A DNA stretch of 14,776 nt from a bacterium (GCA_041497675.1 JBGQGY010000096.1:1-14776), one strand, 5' to 3'. Counted from the first letter of the stretch, positions 1-8,010 are shown. Notes: generated by a model from the sequence alone, not told the origin. A program made the numbers and translations.

Positions 1-278
1 CCGCTGCCGGCCACGATCAGCAAGGGTCCCAGGGCCCCAAGCAGGCACCCGATGAACATCATGCGGCCCGAGCCCCACCGTTCGGCCACGACCCCGGCGG
101 GGACGCTCAACAGCAGCGCGAAGATGTGATAACCGCCCAGGATGACGCCGACGGTCGCGGGGCCGGCTCCCAGACCCGTGGCGTAGAGCGCGAGAAACGG
201 CGAGACGGATTGCCAGCCGGCCCAATAGAGAAAGCCGACCGCGTTTGCCACCCACGACGTTCCCCTATTCGTCGTCAT
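1..278 (-). CDS. MFS transporter, N-terminal part (runs off the left edge)
   Basis: Not in the ORF track; translated by hand from the ATG at 278, which overlaps the upstream stop (ATGA): MTTNRGTSWVANAVGFLYWAGWQSVSPFLALYATGLGAGPATVGVILGGYHIFALLLSVPAGVVAERWGSGRMMFIGCLLGALGPLLIVAGS. It has hydrophobic helices and an MFS motif-A-like GVVAERWGSGR after the second helix. Confidence 0.85.
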   Translation of the reverse strand, partial: MTTNRGTSWVANAVGFLYWAGWQSVSPFLALYATGLGAGPATVGVILGGYHIFALLLSVPAGVVAERWGSGRMMFIGCLLGALGPLLIVAGS

Positions 279-1087
279 GGACGGCCTGTGTCAACCGCGA
301 AGCGGAAGTACCATTCACGAACGCCCGGATCCCGGTAGTGAAACTCGCTGATCAGGCTCAACCGGGCCTGCGCGCCGCCGAACATACCCGCCAGCACCCG
401 GGGTGGGTCGGGCACCCCCGCCACGGCCGGCGTCACAGTGAGAAACAGCTCGTCGACGAACCCGGCCTCCACCAGACGGCGGTTGAGCCCCGGCCCGCCT
501 TCCGCGAGCAGGCGCACAACGCCGCGTTTCGCCAGCAGCGTCAGGGCAGCATTCACGTCAACCTCCCCTGATGATCCCGCAGGCACGAGGCATACTTCGG
601 CGCCGGCGCGCTCAACCCGGCGGCGCCCGTCTTCAGGCGTCCCATCCGCCGTAAGCACGAGGGATGCGAAATCCCCGCGGGTGAAGAATCGCTTGGCGAG
701 CACCGCATCGGAAAAAGCGGCGTCGCGCGTGATGATGACCCCCATCGGGTTCGCCGGCCGGCCGCCGGCGAGGCGCTGTGCTTGCAGGTGGGGATGGGTG
801 GTCGCGATGACATCATTCTGCCGCAACGTGCCCGCCCCGGTCAGGATCGCGTCGGCCCACCCACGCAGCGTGCGGAACAGGTAGTGGTCGACCTCCGACC
901 CGATCGTCCAGGCGGTGCCGTCGATCGCGACGGCCCCATCGATCGTCTGGACCATGTTCACGCGAACAAACGGGCGACCCGAGCGTGGTGGCGAGGGCAG
1001 GTCGCGATAGACGGCGTCCAGCGGAACCCGCCGCGGGTACGGCTCGCTGGCATGATACACGAGGTCGAGGGTCTCCGGGAGCGCCAC
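275..1087 (-). CDS. Stand-alone RibD C-terminal domain (pyrimidine reductase/DHFR-fold) protein
   Basis: RPFVRVNMVQTIDG, LRGWADAILTGAGT and LLAEGGPGLNRRLVEAGFVDELFLTVTP are RibD_C motifs. There is no deaminase domain. GTG start with GAGGA upstream. Confidence 0.85.
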   Translation of the reverse strand: MALPETLDLVYHASEPYPRRVPLDAVYRDLPSPPRSGRPFVRVNMVQTIDGAVAIDGTAWTIGSEVDHYLFRTLRGWADAILTGAGTLRQNDVIATTHPHLQAQRLAGGRPANPMGVIITRDAAFSDAVLAKRFFTRGDFASLVLTADGTPEDGRRRVERAGAEVCLVPAGSSGEVDVNAALTLLAKRGVVRLLAEGGPGLNRRLVEAGFVDELFLTVTPAVAGVPDPPRVLAGMFGGAQARLSLISEFHYRDPGVREWYFRFAVDTGRP

Positions 1088-1105
1088 GCCGTCCTCGCGC
1101 GGCGC

Positions 1106-2494
1106 CTAGAAGTCGATCACCGCGCCCGACCGGACGAGCCGTTTCTGGACGTCCTCCACCAGATCGCGGCGCCCGGTGAGTTGATGCGGCGTGATCCGCT
1201 CCCGAACGACGACGGCGGCCGCCACCCCGACCCCTTCGCCCATGGCCATGGTCGTTGGAATGACACGTGCGGAACCCGCGGCCTGATAGGTCGCGGAGAA
1301 CGCCCGGCTGGCGACAAACAAGCCGTCGATCTTCACCGTGATCAGGGCGCGCAGCGGGATGGTGTATGCTGTGCGTACCGAACGATACGGATACTGCTCA
1401 CCCTTCTTGTACTGGTGGATGTCGACGGGGTACGACGCCGCCCCGATGCGATCCCAGAAGTGGGTACTCGCGACGATGTCCTTGGCGGTCAGTGTATAGA
1501 GCCCTCGCAGATGCCGCGTCTCGCGAATGTAGAGTTCGGGCGCGACTTCGACCAGACGCGCCTGCGCGAACCCCGGAACGTTGCTGCGCAGGTACGCGAC
1601 CAGACGCGGCATCTCGCGCTTCGCGCGCTCATAGGCCGCTACCCGCGCCTCGGGCTTCGTCCCGTCGATGTCGTGGATCTGCAGGGAGTTGATCAACACG
1701 GATCCGTCGGGCAGCCGGCCGATGTTCAGATCGTGCGCCGACAGCGTCGGATCGTCAGGCACGTAGTCGCGCATGAATTGTGAGAAGCCCCACGCGTAGC
1801 CGCGGAACGCACCGCTGGGTTGCTTGCCCTTGCGGAAGGCGTAGGCGACGCGCACCACGGTCTTCCAGTCGACGTCGGCCATGCGAAACATCATCGTCGC
1901 CGGCATCGTGCGCCGGTCGATGCCCGATTCCTCACGGCCAAAGGCAAAGGGGACTCCCGCAGCCGCGGCCAGATCCCCGTCATCGGTCGCGTCGATCGTC
2001 ACGGACGCGCGAATCGCCACGACCTGTCCGTCTGCCGTCCGCACCTCGGCGCCGACGAGGCGTGTGTCCTCCAACAGCGGTCTGGCGAGCTGCGTGTTGA
2101 GCATCAGTTTGATATCGGGCTCGCCATCGATCATGCTCTTGAAGACCTTGCGCAGTTCGCGGGGATCAAAACTGATCCCGCCCGCCCGGTTGTAGAACTC
2201 CGTGAACACGCCCTTGATCAGCGACGCACCGTCGCGCCCCCGGCTGACGTCGACCATGTTCAGCATCGCGCTGGTCATGACCGTCCCCAGGAACGCCCTG
2301 GGTTCCACCAGCACCACAATCATGCCTTGACGCGCTGCGGCGATGGCCGCCACCACACCGGCCGGGCTCCCGCCCATCACCAGCACGTCGGCCCGCAGGC
2401 CGCCCGGCGCCTGATCGGACCGCACAAACAGCGGTCTCGCGGCCACCATCGCGGCGGCCAACACGGCGACGAGCGCGAGGATCCTCAATCGCAT
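1106..2494 (-). CDS. FAD-dependent oxidoreductase (FAD_oxidored/PF12831-like) with N-terminal signal peptide or membrane anchor
   Basis: DVLVMGGSPAGVVAAIAAAR Rossmann motif, IDATDDGDLAAAAG, YIRETR, YTIPLRAL and ARVIPTTMAMGEGVG. The N-terminus MRLRILALVAVLAAAMVAA is basic then hydrophobic. Confidence 0.85.
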   Translation of the reverse strand: MRLRILALVAVLAAAMVAARPLFVRSDQAPGGLRADVLVMGGSPAGVVAAIAAARQGMIVVLVEPRAFLGTVMTSAMLNMVDVSRGRDGASLIKGVFTEFYNRAGGISFDPRELRKVFKSMIDGEPDIKLMLNTQLARPLLEDTRLVGAEVRTADGQVVAIRASVTIDATDDGDLAAAAGVPFAFGREESGIDRRTMPATMMFRMADVDWKTVVRVAYAFRKGKQPSGAFRGYAWGFSQFMRDYVPDDPTLSAHDLNIGRLPDGSVLINSLQIHDIDGTKPEARVAAYERAKREMPRLVAYLRSNVPGFAQARLVEVAPELYIRETRHLRGLYTLTAKDIVASTHFWDRIGAASYPVDIHQYKKGEQYPYRSVRTAYTIPLRALITVKIDGLFVASRAFSATYQAAGSARVIPTTMAMGEGVGVAAAVVVRERITPHQLTGRRDLVEDVQKRLVRSGAVIDF

Positions 2495-2512
2495 GGAGGC
2501 GCCGGACCCGGG

Positions 2513-2998
2513 TCAGCGCCCGGGAACAGGCAGCACATCGGCGGGGGGTTTGAACCGCTCAACGGGATTCCGGCAGGCGCGGCAGTAATAGACCGCCCGG
2601 CACAACGTCGGTCCGAAAGGATTCTCCAGGACGAGATCGGTCGAGCCGCAGAAAGGGCAGGTCGCCGGCTCCGCCAGGTGGACGCGGGGGACGCTCACGC
2701 CGTGCGCGGTCAGCCGCGCGCGACCGGTCTCGGTCATCCGGTCGATCGACCAAGGTTCGTCGAACGTGTATTGGACATCGACGGCGTGTACGGTCGGCAC
2801 GCCGAGCAGGCGGCGATGCACGCGCTCGCGGATCAGATCGAGTGCCGGGCATCCGACGAACGTGGGGACAAGCCGGACCCGCACCATCCCCTCATCGATC
2901 TCCACGGACCGCACCAGACCGAGGTCGGTGATGGCAATGGGCAGCTCAGGGTCCTCGATCTCGCCGAGGGCCTGCCAGACCGCGTCGTGGGTCACCAT
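2513..2998 (-). CDS. paaD: Phenylacetyl-CoA epoxidase subunit PaaD (PaaJ in older nomenclature); DUF59 domain plus C-terminal Cys ribbon
   Basis: DPELPIAITDLG, PTFVGCP, W-S-I-D-R-M, CPFCGS, FGPTLCRAVYYCRACRNPVERFK; overlaps the paaC stop. Confidence 0.92.
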   Translation of the reverse strand: MVTHDAVWQALGEIEDPELPIAITDLGLVRSVEIDEGMVRVRLVPTFVGCPALDLIRERVHRRLLGVPTVHAVDVQYTFDEPWSIDRMTETGRARLTAHGVSVPRVHLAEPATCPFCGSTDLVLENPFGPTLCRAVYYCRACRNPVERFKPPADVLPVPGR

Positions 2999-3795
2999 CG
3001 GGCCTCAGGGTCGCTGCGCCACACGGATGTCATCTCCATCAATAACATGCCCAGGTCGGGCAGGTGCCGCCCCTGCCGTCCACCCACCACCGCGGCCGCC
3101 CCGGCCGGGACGGTCAGCGCCAGCGCGTCCAAACGCGGCCGTACGTCGGACTCCCACCTCGACCGCTGGGCGTCCATGCCCGCGGCCAGCGCGCCAACCC
3201 TCACCAGGTGTTCGGTGTCCGGCGTCGTCTCGAACACTCCCAGCGCCTCGGGCCACGCCGTGTCCAACGCCCGCTGCACCCGCCCCGACGCGTCGTCTCC
3301 ACCCCGTGCCAAGCGCTCGAGCCAGGCGTCGGCGAACACGACATGGTACTTCTCTTCACGCAGCAGCGTCTTCGCCAGGGACGCGAACGGGCCCAGCGGC
3401 GACGCCGCCACGGTCCGCAGGCGGACCGCGTCGGCGTGATCATACAACCAGGCCCGCACGATCGAGAACGCCCAATCACCGTTCGGTCTCTCGGTCAAGA
3501 CGGCATTGCGAAACGCCTCCGGGCCGCGGCCAAACGCGAGCCGGTCGGCGCTGGTCCCCTCGAGCGCGGCAATCTGATCGTAGAACACGCGCGCATGCCC
3601 AATCTCTTCCTGCGCGATGGAAGACATCGCAACGTCCGACTCGATATCAGGGGCGAACCCCGTCCACTCGGAATGGCGGTGGCCAACAATGAGTTCATCG
3701 TCGGCGAGGGCCAGCAGCAGCGCGCGCACGGCCGCGCGGGAGGCGGCGTCACTCACGACAGCCGGCGCGTCGGGAGCGGCCCAGAGGTTGGTCAT
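2992..3795 (-). CDS. paaC: Phenylacetyl-CoA epoxidase subunit PaaC (ferritin-like beta subunit)
   Basis: LADDELIVGHRHSEWTGFAPDIESDVAMSSIAQEEIGHAR, FRNAVLTERPNGDWAFSIVR, EEKYH, HLPDLGMLLMEM; ATGA overlap with paaB. Confidence 0.92.
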   Translation of the reverse strand: MTNLWAAPDAPAVVSDAASRAAVRALLLALADDELIVGHRHSEWTGFAPDIESDVAMSSIAQEEIGHARVFYDQIAALEGTSADRLAFGRGPEAFRNAVLTERPNGDWAFSIVRAWLYDHADAVRLRTVAASPLGPFASLAKTLLREEKYHVVFADAWLERLARGGDDASGRVQRALDTAWPEALGVFETTPDTEHLVRVGALAAGMDAQRSRWESDVRPRLDALALTVPAGAAAVVGGRQGRHLPDLGMLLMEMTSVWRSDPEARW

Positions 3796-4094
3796 CGGCG
3801 GCGGTAGATGCGCTGTTGTTCCCGGTAGGATCCGCCAAAGCGATAACTCTTGTCGGTCGCCGGCTCAAACATGTCCGCGTCCTCGTACGCCGTCGCCTCG
3901 ATGTCCGCGTAGCGGACGACCCACAAGTTGACGCAGGGATCGCGCCGGGCGAACTGTTCTTTGGCCAGGATCAGGGCCATCTCCGCATCGGGCGCGTGCA
4001 CATCGCCGACGTGCACGTGCGGGTCGTTCTTGCTGTCTTGTCGGAAGACGGCATAGACGTGCTCGGCCCCCGGGACGATGGTCCCCAGATTCAC
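3792..4094 (-). CDS. paaB: Phenylacetyl-CoA epoxidase subunit PaaB
   Basis: VYAVFRQ...HVHVGDVHAPDAEMALILAKEQFARRDPCVNLWVV...DKSYR. The start is uncertain: GTG at 4094 gives about 100 aa, and the ATG at 4127 overlapping the end of paaA is an alternative. The ORF-track start at 4241 is too long. Confidence 0.88.
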   Translation of the reverse strand: MNLGTIVPGAEHVYAVFRQDSKNDPHVHVGDVHAPDAEMALILAKEQFARRDPCVNLWVVRYADIEATAYEDADMFEPATDKSYRFGGSYREQQRIYRRR

Positions 4095-4108
4095 CGCACG
4101 CGACCCGG

Positions 4109-5050
4109 TCAGGCGGCCACTTCCCATCGGGCGACGGCCTCGCGCACCCACCGGTGCTGCGCGTGGACACGGTTGCGCAATGCCAGGCGCTCGCGCGTCT
4201 TGGGCCCGTCGCCCTTCAAAATACGACGGAATTCCTCCCAATCGGGTTCCGTGTACACATACCCACCGGCCGCCTCATCCCACTTCAGCCCGGCGTCGGG
4301 CACCTGGACCCCGTACTCCTGGATCAACGGGACAAACTGCCGGAGAAACTGTTGTCGCAACTCGTCATTACTCTTCACTTTGATCCGCCAGCGGATCATC
4401 GTCTCGAGGTGGGGCGACACCTTGTCTCGCGGCCCAAAGAAGTGCATCAGCGGCGTCCACCAGCGATTGAGCGCGTCCTGGAGCATCTCGCGCTGCCGCG
4501 GCGTGCCCTCCGCCAGCACCTTGAAACCGTCAATGCCAAGCCGAATGTGGAAATCCTCTTCGTAACAGATGCGGCGCAGCACGCGGGCGTACGGCGCGTA
4601 CGAGCAGGACCGCAACGATCCCTGGGTCTGCATTGCCGCGCCATCCACGAAGACCTGGATCACGATGACATCGGCCCAGGTCTCGACGGGATAGTGGAAC
4701 ACGTTGTGGAATTTGGACGCACCCGACAGCAGGTCTTCGATCATCTGCGCCCGCGGTTTGCCCAGGTCCTCCGCCACCCGGTAGAGGAGTTGCGCGTGCC
4801 CGATCTCGTCCTGCACCTTGGCCACCAGGGCCATCTTGCGTGACAACGTGGGGGCGCGAGGGATCCACTCGCGCTCGGGCAAGGCGCCCATGAGCTCAGA
4901 GTTGGCGTGCATTTGAATGAGACGCAGGCACTCGGCCCGATACGTGGCGGGCATCCACTCGCCGGCTTCAACACGATCGCCCCCGACAATGCGGGCTTCG
5001 AATACTGCCAGCTTCTCGGGGTCGTCCACGCGACCAGTGGGATCTGTCAT
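4109..5050 (-). CDS. paaA: Phenylacetyl-CoA epoxidase catalytic di-iron subunit PaaA
   Basis: HANSELMGALPEREWIPRAPTLSRK, KVQDEIGH, FVDGAA, SYAPYAR, EEDFH, WW..LMHFFGP, NDELRQ. The ATG at 5050 is preceded by the SD GGAGGT. Confidence 0.95.
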   Translation of the reverse strand: MTDPTGRVDDPEKLAVFEARIVGGDRVEAGEWMPATYRAECLRLIQMHANSELMGALPEREWIPRAPTLSRKMALVAKVQDEIGHAQLLYRVAEDLGKPRAQMIEDLLSGASKFHNVFHYPVETWADVIVIQVFVDGAAMQTQGSLRSCSYAPYARVLRRICYEEDFHIRLGIDGFKVLAEGTPRQREMLQDALNRWWTPLMHFFGPRDKVSPHLETMIRWRIKVKSNDELRQQFLRQFVPLIQEYGVQVPDAGLKWDEAAGGYVYTEPDWEEFRRILKGDGPKTRERLALRNRVHAQHRWVREAVARWEVAA

Positions 5051-5093
5051 CGCCCACCTCCCCGCGGTGCCACGAGGCACCGCACACCCCTCA

Positions 5094-5123
5094 ATTGTAG
5101 GCAGGCGCGCAAAACCGCGTCAA
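5094..5123 (-). promoter_or_regulatory. Putative sigma70-type promoter for the paa operon
   Basis: Minus strand TTGACG (5123-5118), 18-nt spacer, TACAAT (5099-5094), about 45 nt upstream of the paaA start. Confidence 0.65.
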
Positions 5124-5128
5124 CGCGG
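5111..5128 (-). terminator. Possible weak intrinsic terminator after the HIT gene, or an operator overlapping the paa -35 box
   Basis: Minus strand CCGCG-TTGA-CGCGG followed by TTTT, 17 nt after the HIT stop. The stem and U-tract are both short. Confidence 0.3.
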
Positions 5129-5145
5129 GCCCCGGCGTACCGCCG

Positions 5146-5643
5146 TCAGCTTCGGGGCAGATCGGACACCCCGGCGACGGCGGAGGCAAGCCGATCGTAG
5201 GTCTGGTCGAGGTGCTCGGGCAGCACCTTGGTGTCGCTCAGCACCGGCATGTAGTTGGTGTCACCCACCCACCGCGGCACCACGTGCACGTGGAGGTGCT
5301 CGAATCCGGCGCCGGCGGCGATGCCGACGTTGATCCCGATGTTGAAGCCCTGCGGGGACATCGCACGCTCCACGGCCCGGACGGCCACGTCCACCAGGTG
5401 CCAGACACCCTGCGCCTCTTCAGCCGCCAGGGCGTCAAGCCGTGTGACATGGCGATAGGGTACCGCCATGACATGGCCGCTGTTGTACGGAAACCGGTTG
5501 AGGATGAGGTACCCTACGGTCGACCGCCCGACGATGCGGGCCTCCCGATCGTCTGCTCCCCGGCCGGCGTCACAGAAGAAACACCCGTCCGAACGAGGCC
5601 CGGTGATGTACGTCAGGCGCCAGGGCGCCCAGAGATGGTTCAC
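5146..5643 (-). CDS. HIT-family protein (FHIT/Ap4A phosphorylase-like)
   Basis: LWAPWR...CFFC, LNRFPYNSGHVM, GFNIGIN.G.AAGAG, HLHVHVVPRW.GDTNYM. The GTG start overlaps the rnc stop (GTGA). Confidence 0.92.
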   Translation of the reverse strand: MNHLWAPWRLTYITGPRSDGCFFCDAGRGADDREARIVGRSTVGYLILNRFPYNSGHVMAVPYRHVTRLDALAAEEAQGVWHLVDVAVRAVERAMSPQGFNIGINVGIAAGAGFEHLHVHVVPRWVGDTNYMPVLSDTKVLPEHLDQTYDRLASAVAGVSDLPRS

Positions 5644-6434
5644 GGAGTGCGTTCGAGCGCGGCGATGGCCTCCGAGGCGGCCATTTGCTCGGCTTCCTTC
5701 TTGCTCTTACCGCGGCCCTGCCCGAGCGCCTTACCGCTGGCCTCCACGACAGCCACAAACGTCCGTTCGTGATCCGGCCCTTCTTCCTGGGTGATCCGGT
5801 ATCTCGGCATCTGGCGGCGCCGCTGCAACCGCTCCTGCAGCAGACTCTTGAAGTCCTCCCCGGCCCGCTGGATGTCCTCAGCGAGCTCGCCCAGCCACCG
5901 GATGAGGACGGCGTGTGACACCCCATAGCCCGAATCGATGTAGATCGCACCGATCACCGCTTCCACCCCGTCGGCCAGCAGCGACGGCCGGCCGCGACCT
6001 CCGCCCTTCTCTTCGCCACGCCCCAGCAGCATCCAGCGGCCCAGGTTCAGACGCCGCGCGATCGAGGCCAGCGCGGCTTCGTTGACGATCCTGGCCCGGG
6101 CTTTGGCCAAACCACCCTCGTCTATGTCGGGCCGGCGGCGGTAGAGATCATCGCTCACGACCAGGCTGAGCACCGCATCCCCCAGGAATTCCAGCCGCTC
6201 ATAACTCTTCAGTGGATCTTTGCCGCGCTCGTGCGTAAACGACCCGTGCCGGAGTGCCAGGTCGAGCAACGACCGGTCTCGGAACCGCACCCCAAGACGC
6301 TCCTCGAGCTGCGCCAACTGCGCAAGCCGGTCCTGGGTGAGCACTTCGCCGACCGCCCCGGTCTCATCTCCTGCCGGCGTTGCCGGCGCAGGAGGAGCCG
6401 GCGTCGGTGCTTGCGGCCGCCGGGGTCTACTCAT
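5640..6434 (-). CDS. rnc: Ribonuclease III
   Basis: Signature [27 protein letters not shown], ds[11 protein letters not shown]...GPDH...[10 protein letters not shown]. The start may instead be the GTG at 6344. Confidence 0.97.
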   Translation of the reverse strand: MSRPRRPQAPTPAPPAPATPAGDETGAVGEVLTQDRLAQLAQLEERLGVRFRDRSLLDLALRHGSFTHERGKDPLKSYERLEFLGDAVLSLVVSDDLYRRRPDIDEGGLAKARARIVNEAALASIARRLNLGRWMLLGRGEEKGGGRGRPSLLADGVEAVIGAIYIDSGYGVSHAVLIRWLGELAEDIQRAGEDFKSLLQERLQRRRQMPRYRITQEEGPDHERTFVAVVEASGKALGQGRGKSKKEAEQMAASEAIAALERTP

Positions 6435-7665
6435 GGGCGCGCAGGATCAAAATGGCGTTATGCCCGCCGAAGCCAAAGGCGTTTGACATCACCGTACGAA
6501 GCTTCGCCCGCCGGGGCGCGTTGGGCACGTAGTCCAGATCGCAGTCTGGGTCGGGGACCTGGTAGTTGATCGTCGGCGGAACTGTTTGATGCCTCAACGC
6601 CAGCACGCAGGCGATAAACTCGACGCCGCCGGCAGCACCCAACAGGTGTCCCATCATGGACTTGGTCGAGCTCACCAACAGACGCTTCGTGTGGTCGCCA
6701 AACACGCCCTTAATGGCCAACGTTTCCAGCCGGTCATTATAGGGCGTGCTGGTCCCGTGCGCGTTGATGTAGTCGATCTCGGCCGGAGCGATACCCGCGT
6801 CCGCGATCGCGGCCTCCATGCTGCGGTACGCGCCGTCGCCCTCGGGGTCGGGCTGTGTGATGTGAAACGCGTCCGTCGTCACCCCGTAGCCGATCACTTC
6901 CGCATGGATCGTCGCGCCACGCTGCTCCGCGGAGTCCAACGCCTCCAATAAGACCACACCGGCCCCTTCTCCCATGACAAACCCGTCACGGGTCGCGTCG
7001 AACGGCCGCGACGCCCGCCGAGGGTCATCGTTGCGTGTCGACATCGCCTTCATCGAGCAAAACCCGGCCACCGCCAAACGAGTGATAGCGGCCTCACTGC
7101 CGCCGGCCATCATCGCGTCCACCTCGCCGCGTTGGATCATCCGGACTGCATCCCCGATAGCATTCCCACCGGTGGCACACGCCGTGACGACGCATGAACT
7201 CGGCCCCTTGGCCCCGGTCAGAATGGCCGTCACACCGCTGGCCATGTTGGTAATGATCATCGGGATGAAGAACGGCGACACACGGCTGGGCCCGCGGCTC
7301 ATCAGCGTCGCGTGCTGCTGCTCCCAGGTGGTGGCACCGCCGATCCCCGACCCGATCAGCACCCCGGTGCGGTTGGCATTGGAAGGCGTCACCTCGTATG
7401 CGGCGTCCTCCAGTGCCATCCGCGCGGCGGCATACGCGAATTGCACGAACCGGTCGTTGCGACGCGCTTCCTTGCGATCCATATGGGCGGTAGGATCGAA
7501 GCTGCGAACCTCCGCGGCGATCTGGGTCGTCATGTCGGAGGCATCGAACGCCGAGATCCGGTCAACGCCCGAGTGACCGGCGACCAGCGCTGACCAAAAC
7601 GCCTCGCCCCCGGTGCCGATGGGGCTGACCACGCCGAGGCCGGTGACAACAACCCGTCTGCGCAT
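6427..7665 (-). CDS. fabF: 3-oxoacyl-ACP synthase II
   Basis: [15 protein letters not shown] (catalytic Cys), [31 protein letters not shown]. Confidence 0.97.
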   Translation of the reverse strand: MRRRVVVTGLGVVSPIGTGGEAFWSALVAGHSGVDRISAFDASDMTTQIAAEVRSFDPTAHMDRKEARRNDRFVQFAYAAARMALEDAAYEVTPSNANRTGVLIGSGIGGATTWEQQHATLMSRGPSRVSPFFIPMIITNMASGVTAILTGAKGPSSCVVTACATGGNAIGDAVRMIQRGEVDAMMAGGSEAAITRLAVAGFCSMKAMSTRNDDPRRASRPFDATRDGFVMGEGAGVVLLEALDSAEQRGATIHAEVIGYGVTTDAFHITQPDPEGDGAYRSMEAAIADAGIAPAEIDYINAHGTSTPYNDRLETLAIKGVFGDHTKRLLVSSTKSMMGHLLGAAGGVEFIACVLALRHQTVPPTINYQVPDPDCDLDYVPNAPRRAKLRTVMSNAFGFGGHNAILILRAHE

Positions 7666-7703
7666 CTCCAGACGGCCGCCGGCAGGTGGGGTGTGCGGGC
7701 GTA

Positions 7704-7952
7704 CTACGTGGACTCCTTTGCGTGCGACTCGATGTACTTGACCGCATCGCCCACTGTCACGATCTTCTCGGCCTGTTCGTCTGGAATCTCGATCTCAAAC
7801 TCCTCTTCGAGCGCCATCACGAGCTCGACCACGTCGAGCGAGTCGGCGCCCAGGTCCTCGACAAACGATGACTCTTTCATGATTTTTTCGGCTTCGACGC
7901 CGAGTTGATGTGCCACCCGCTCCCGGACGCGATCGAGTACCGAAGGAGCCAT
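7704..7952 (-). CDS. acpP: Acyl carrier protein
   Basis: [20 protein letters not shown] (phosphopantetheine Ser). The ATG at 7952 follows GGAGGTGGAGGG. Confidence 0.97.
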   Translation of the reverse strand: MAPSVLDRVRERVAHQLGVEAEKIMKESSFVEDLGADSLDVVELVMALEEEFEIEIPDEQAEKIVTVGDAVKYIESHAKEST

Positions 7953-8010
7953 AGTTCCCTCCACCTCCACCCAGAAATGGCCGTCGCCTGGTACGGCGCC
8001 CCAGTGGGGC

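Noticed and set aside
782..3807. Long plus-strand ORFs (782..1783, 1820..3439, 2766..3692, 3064..3807)
   Set aside because: They lie antisense to well-supported genes, have Arg/Pro/His-rich composition with no recognisable motifs, and are expected shadows in high-GC DNA.
4128..4241. Extended N-termini from the ORF track for paaB (also paaA 5080, acpP 7970, fabD 9798, fabH 10877, rpmF 11190)
   Set aside because: Family motifs, SD sequences and start/stop overlaps support shorter starts; there is no evidence of fusions or frameshifts.
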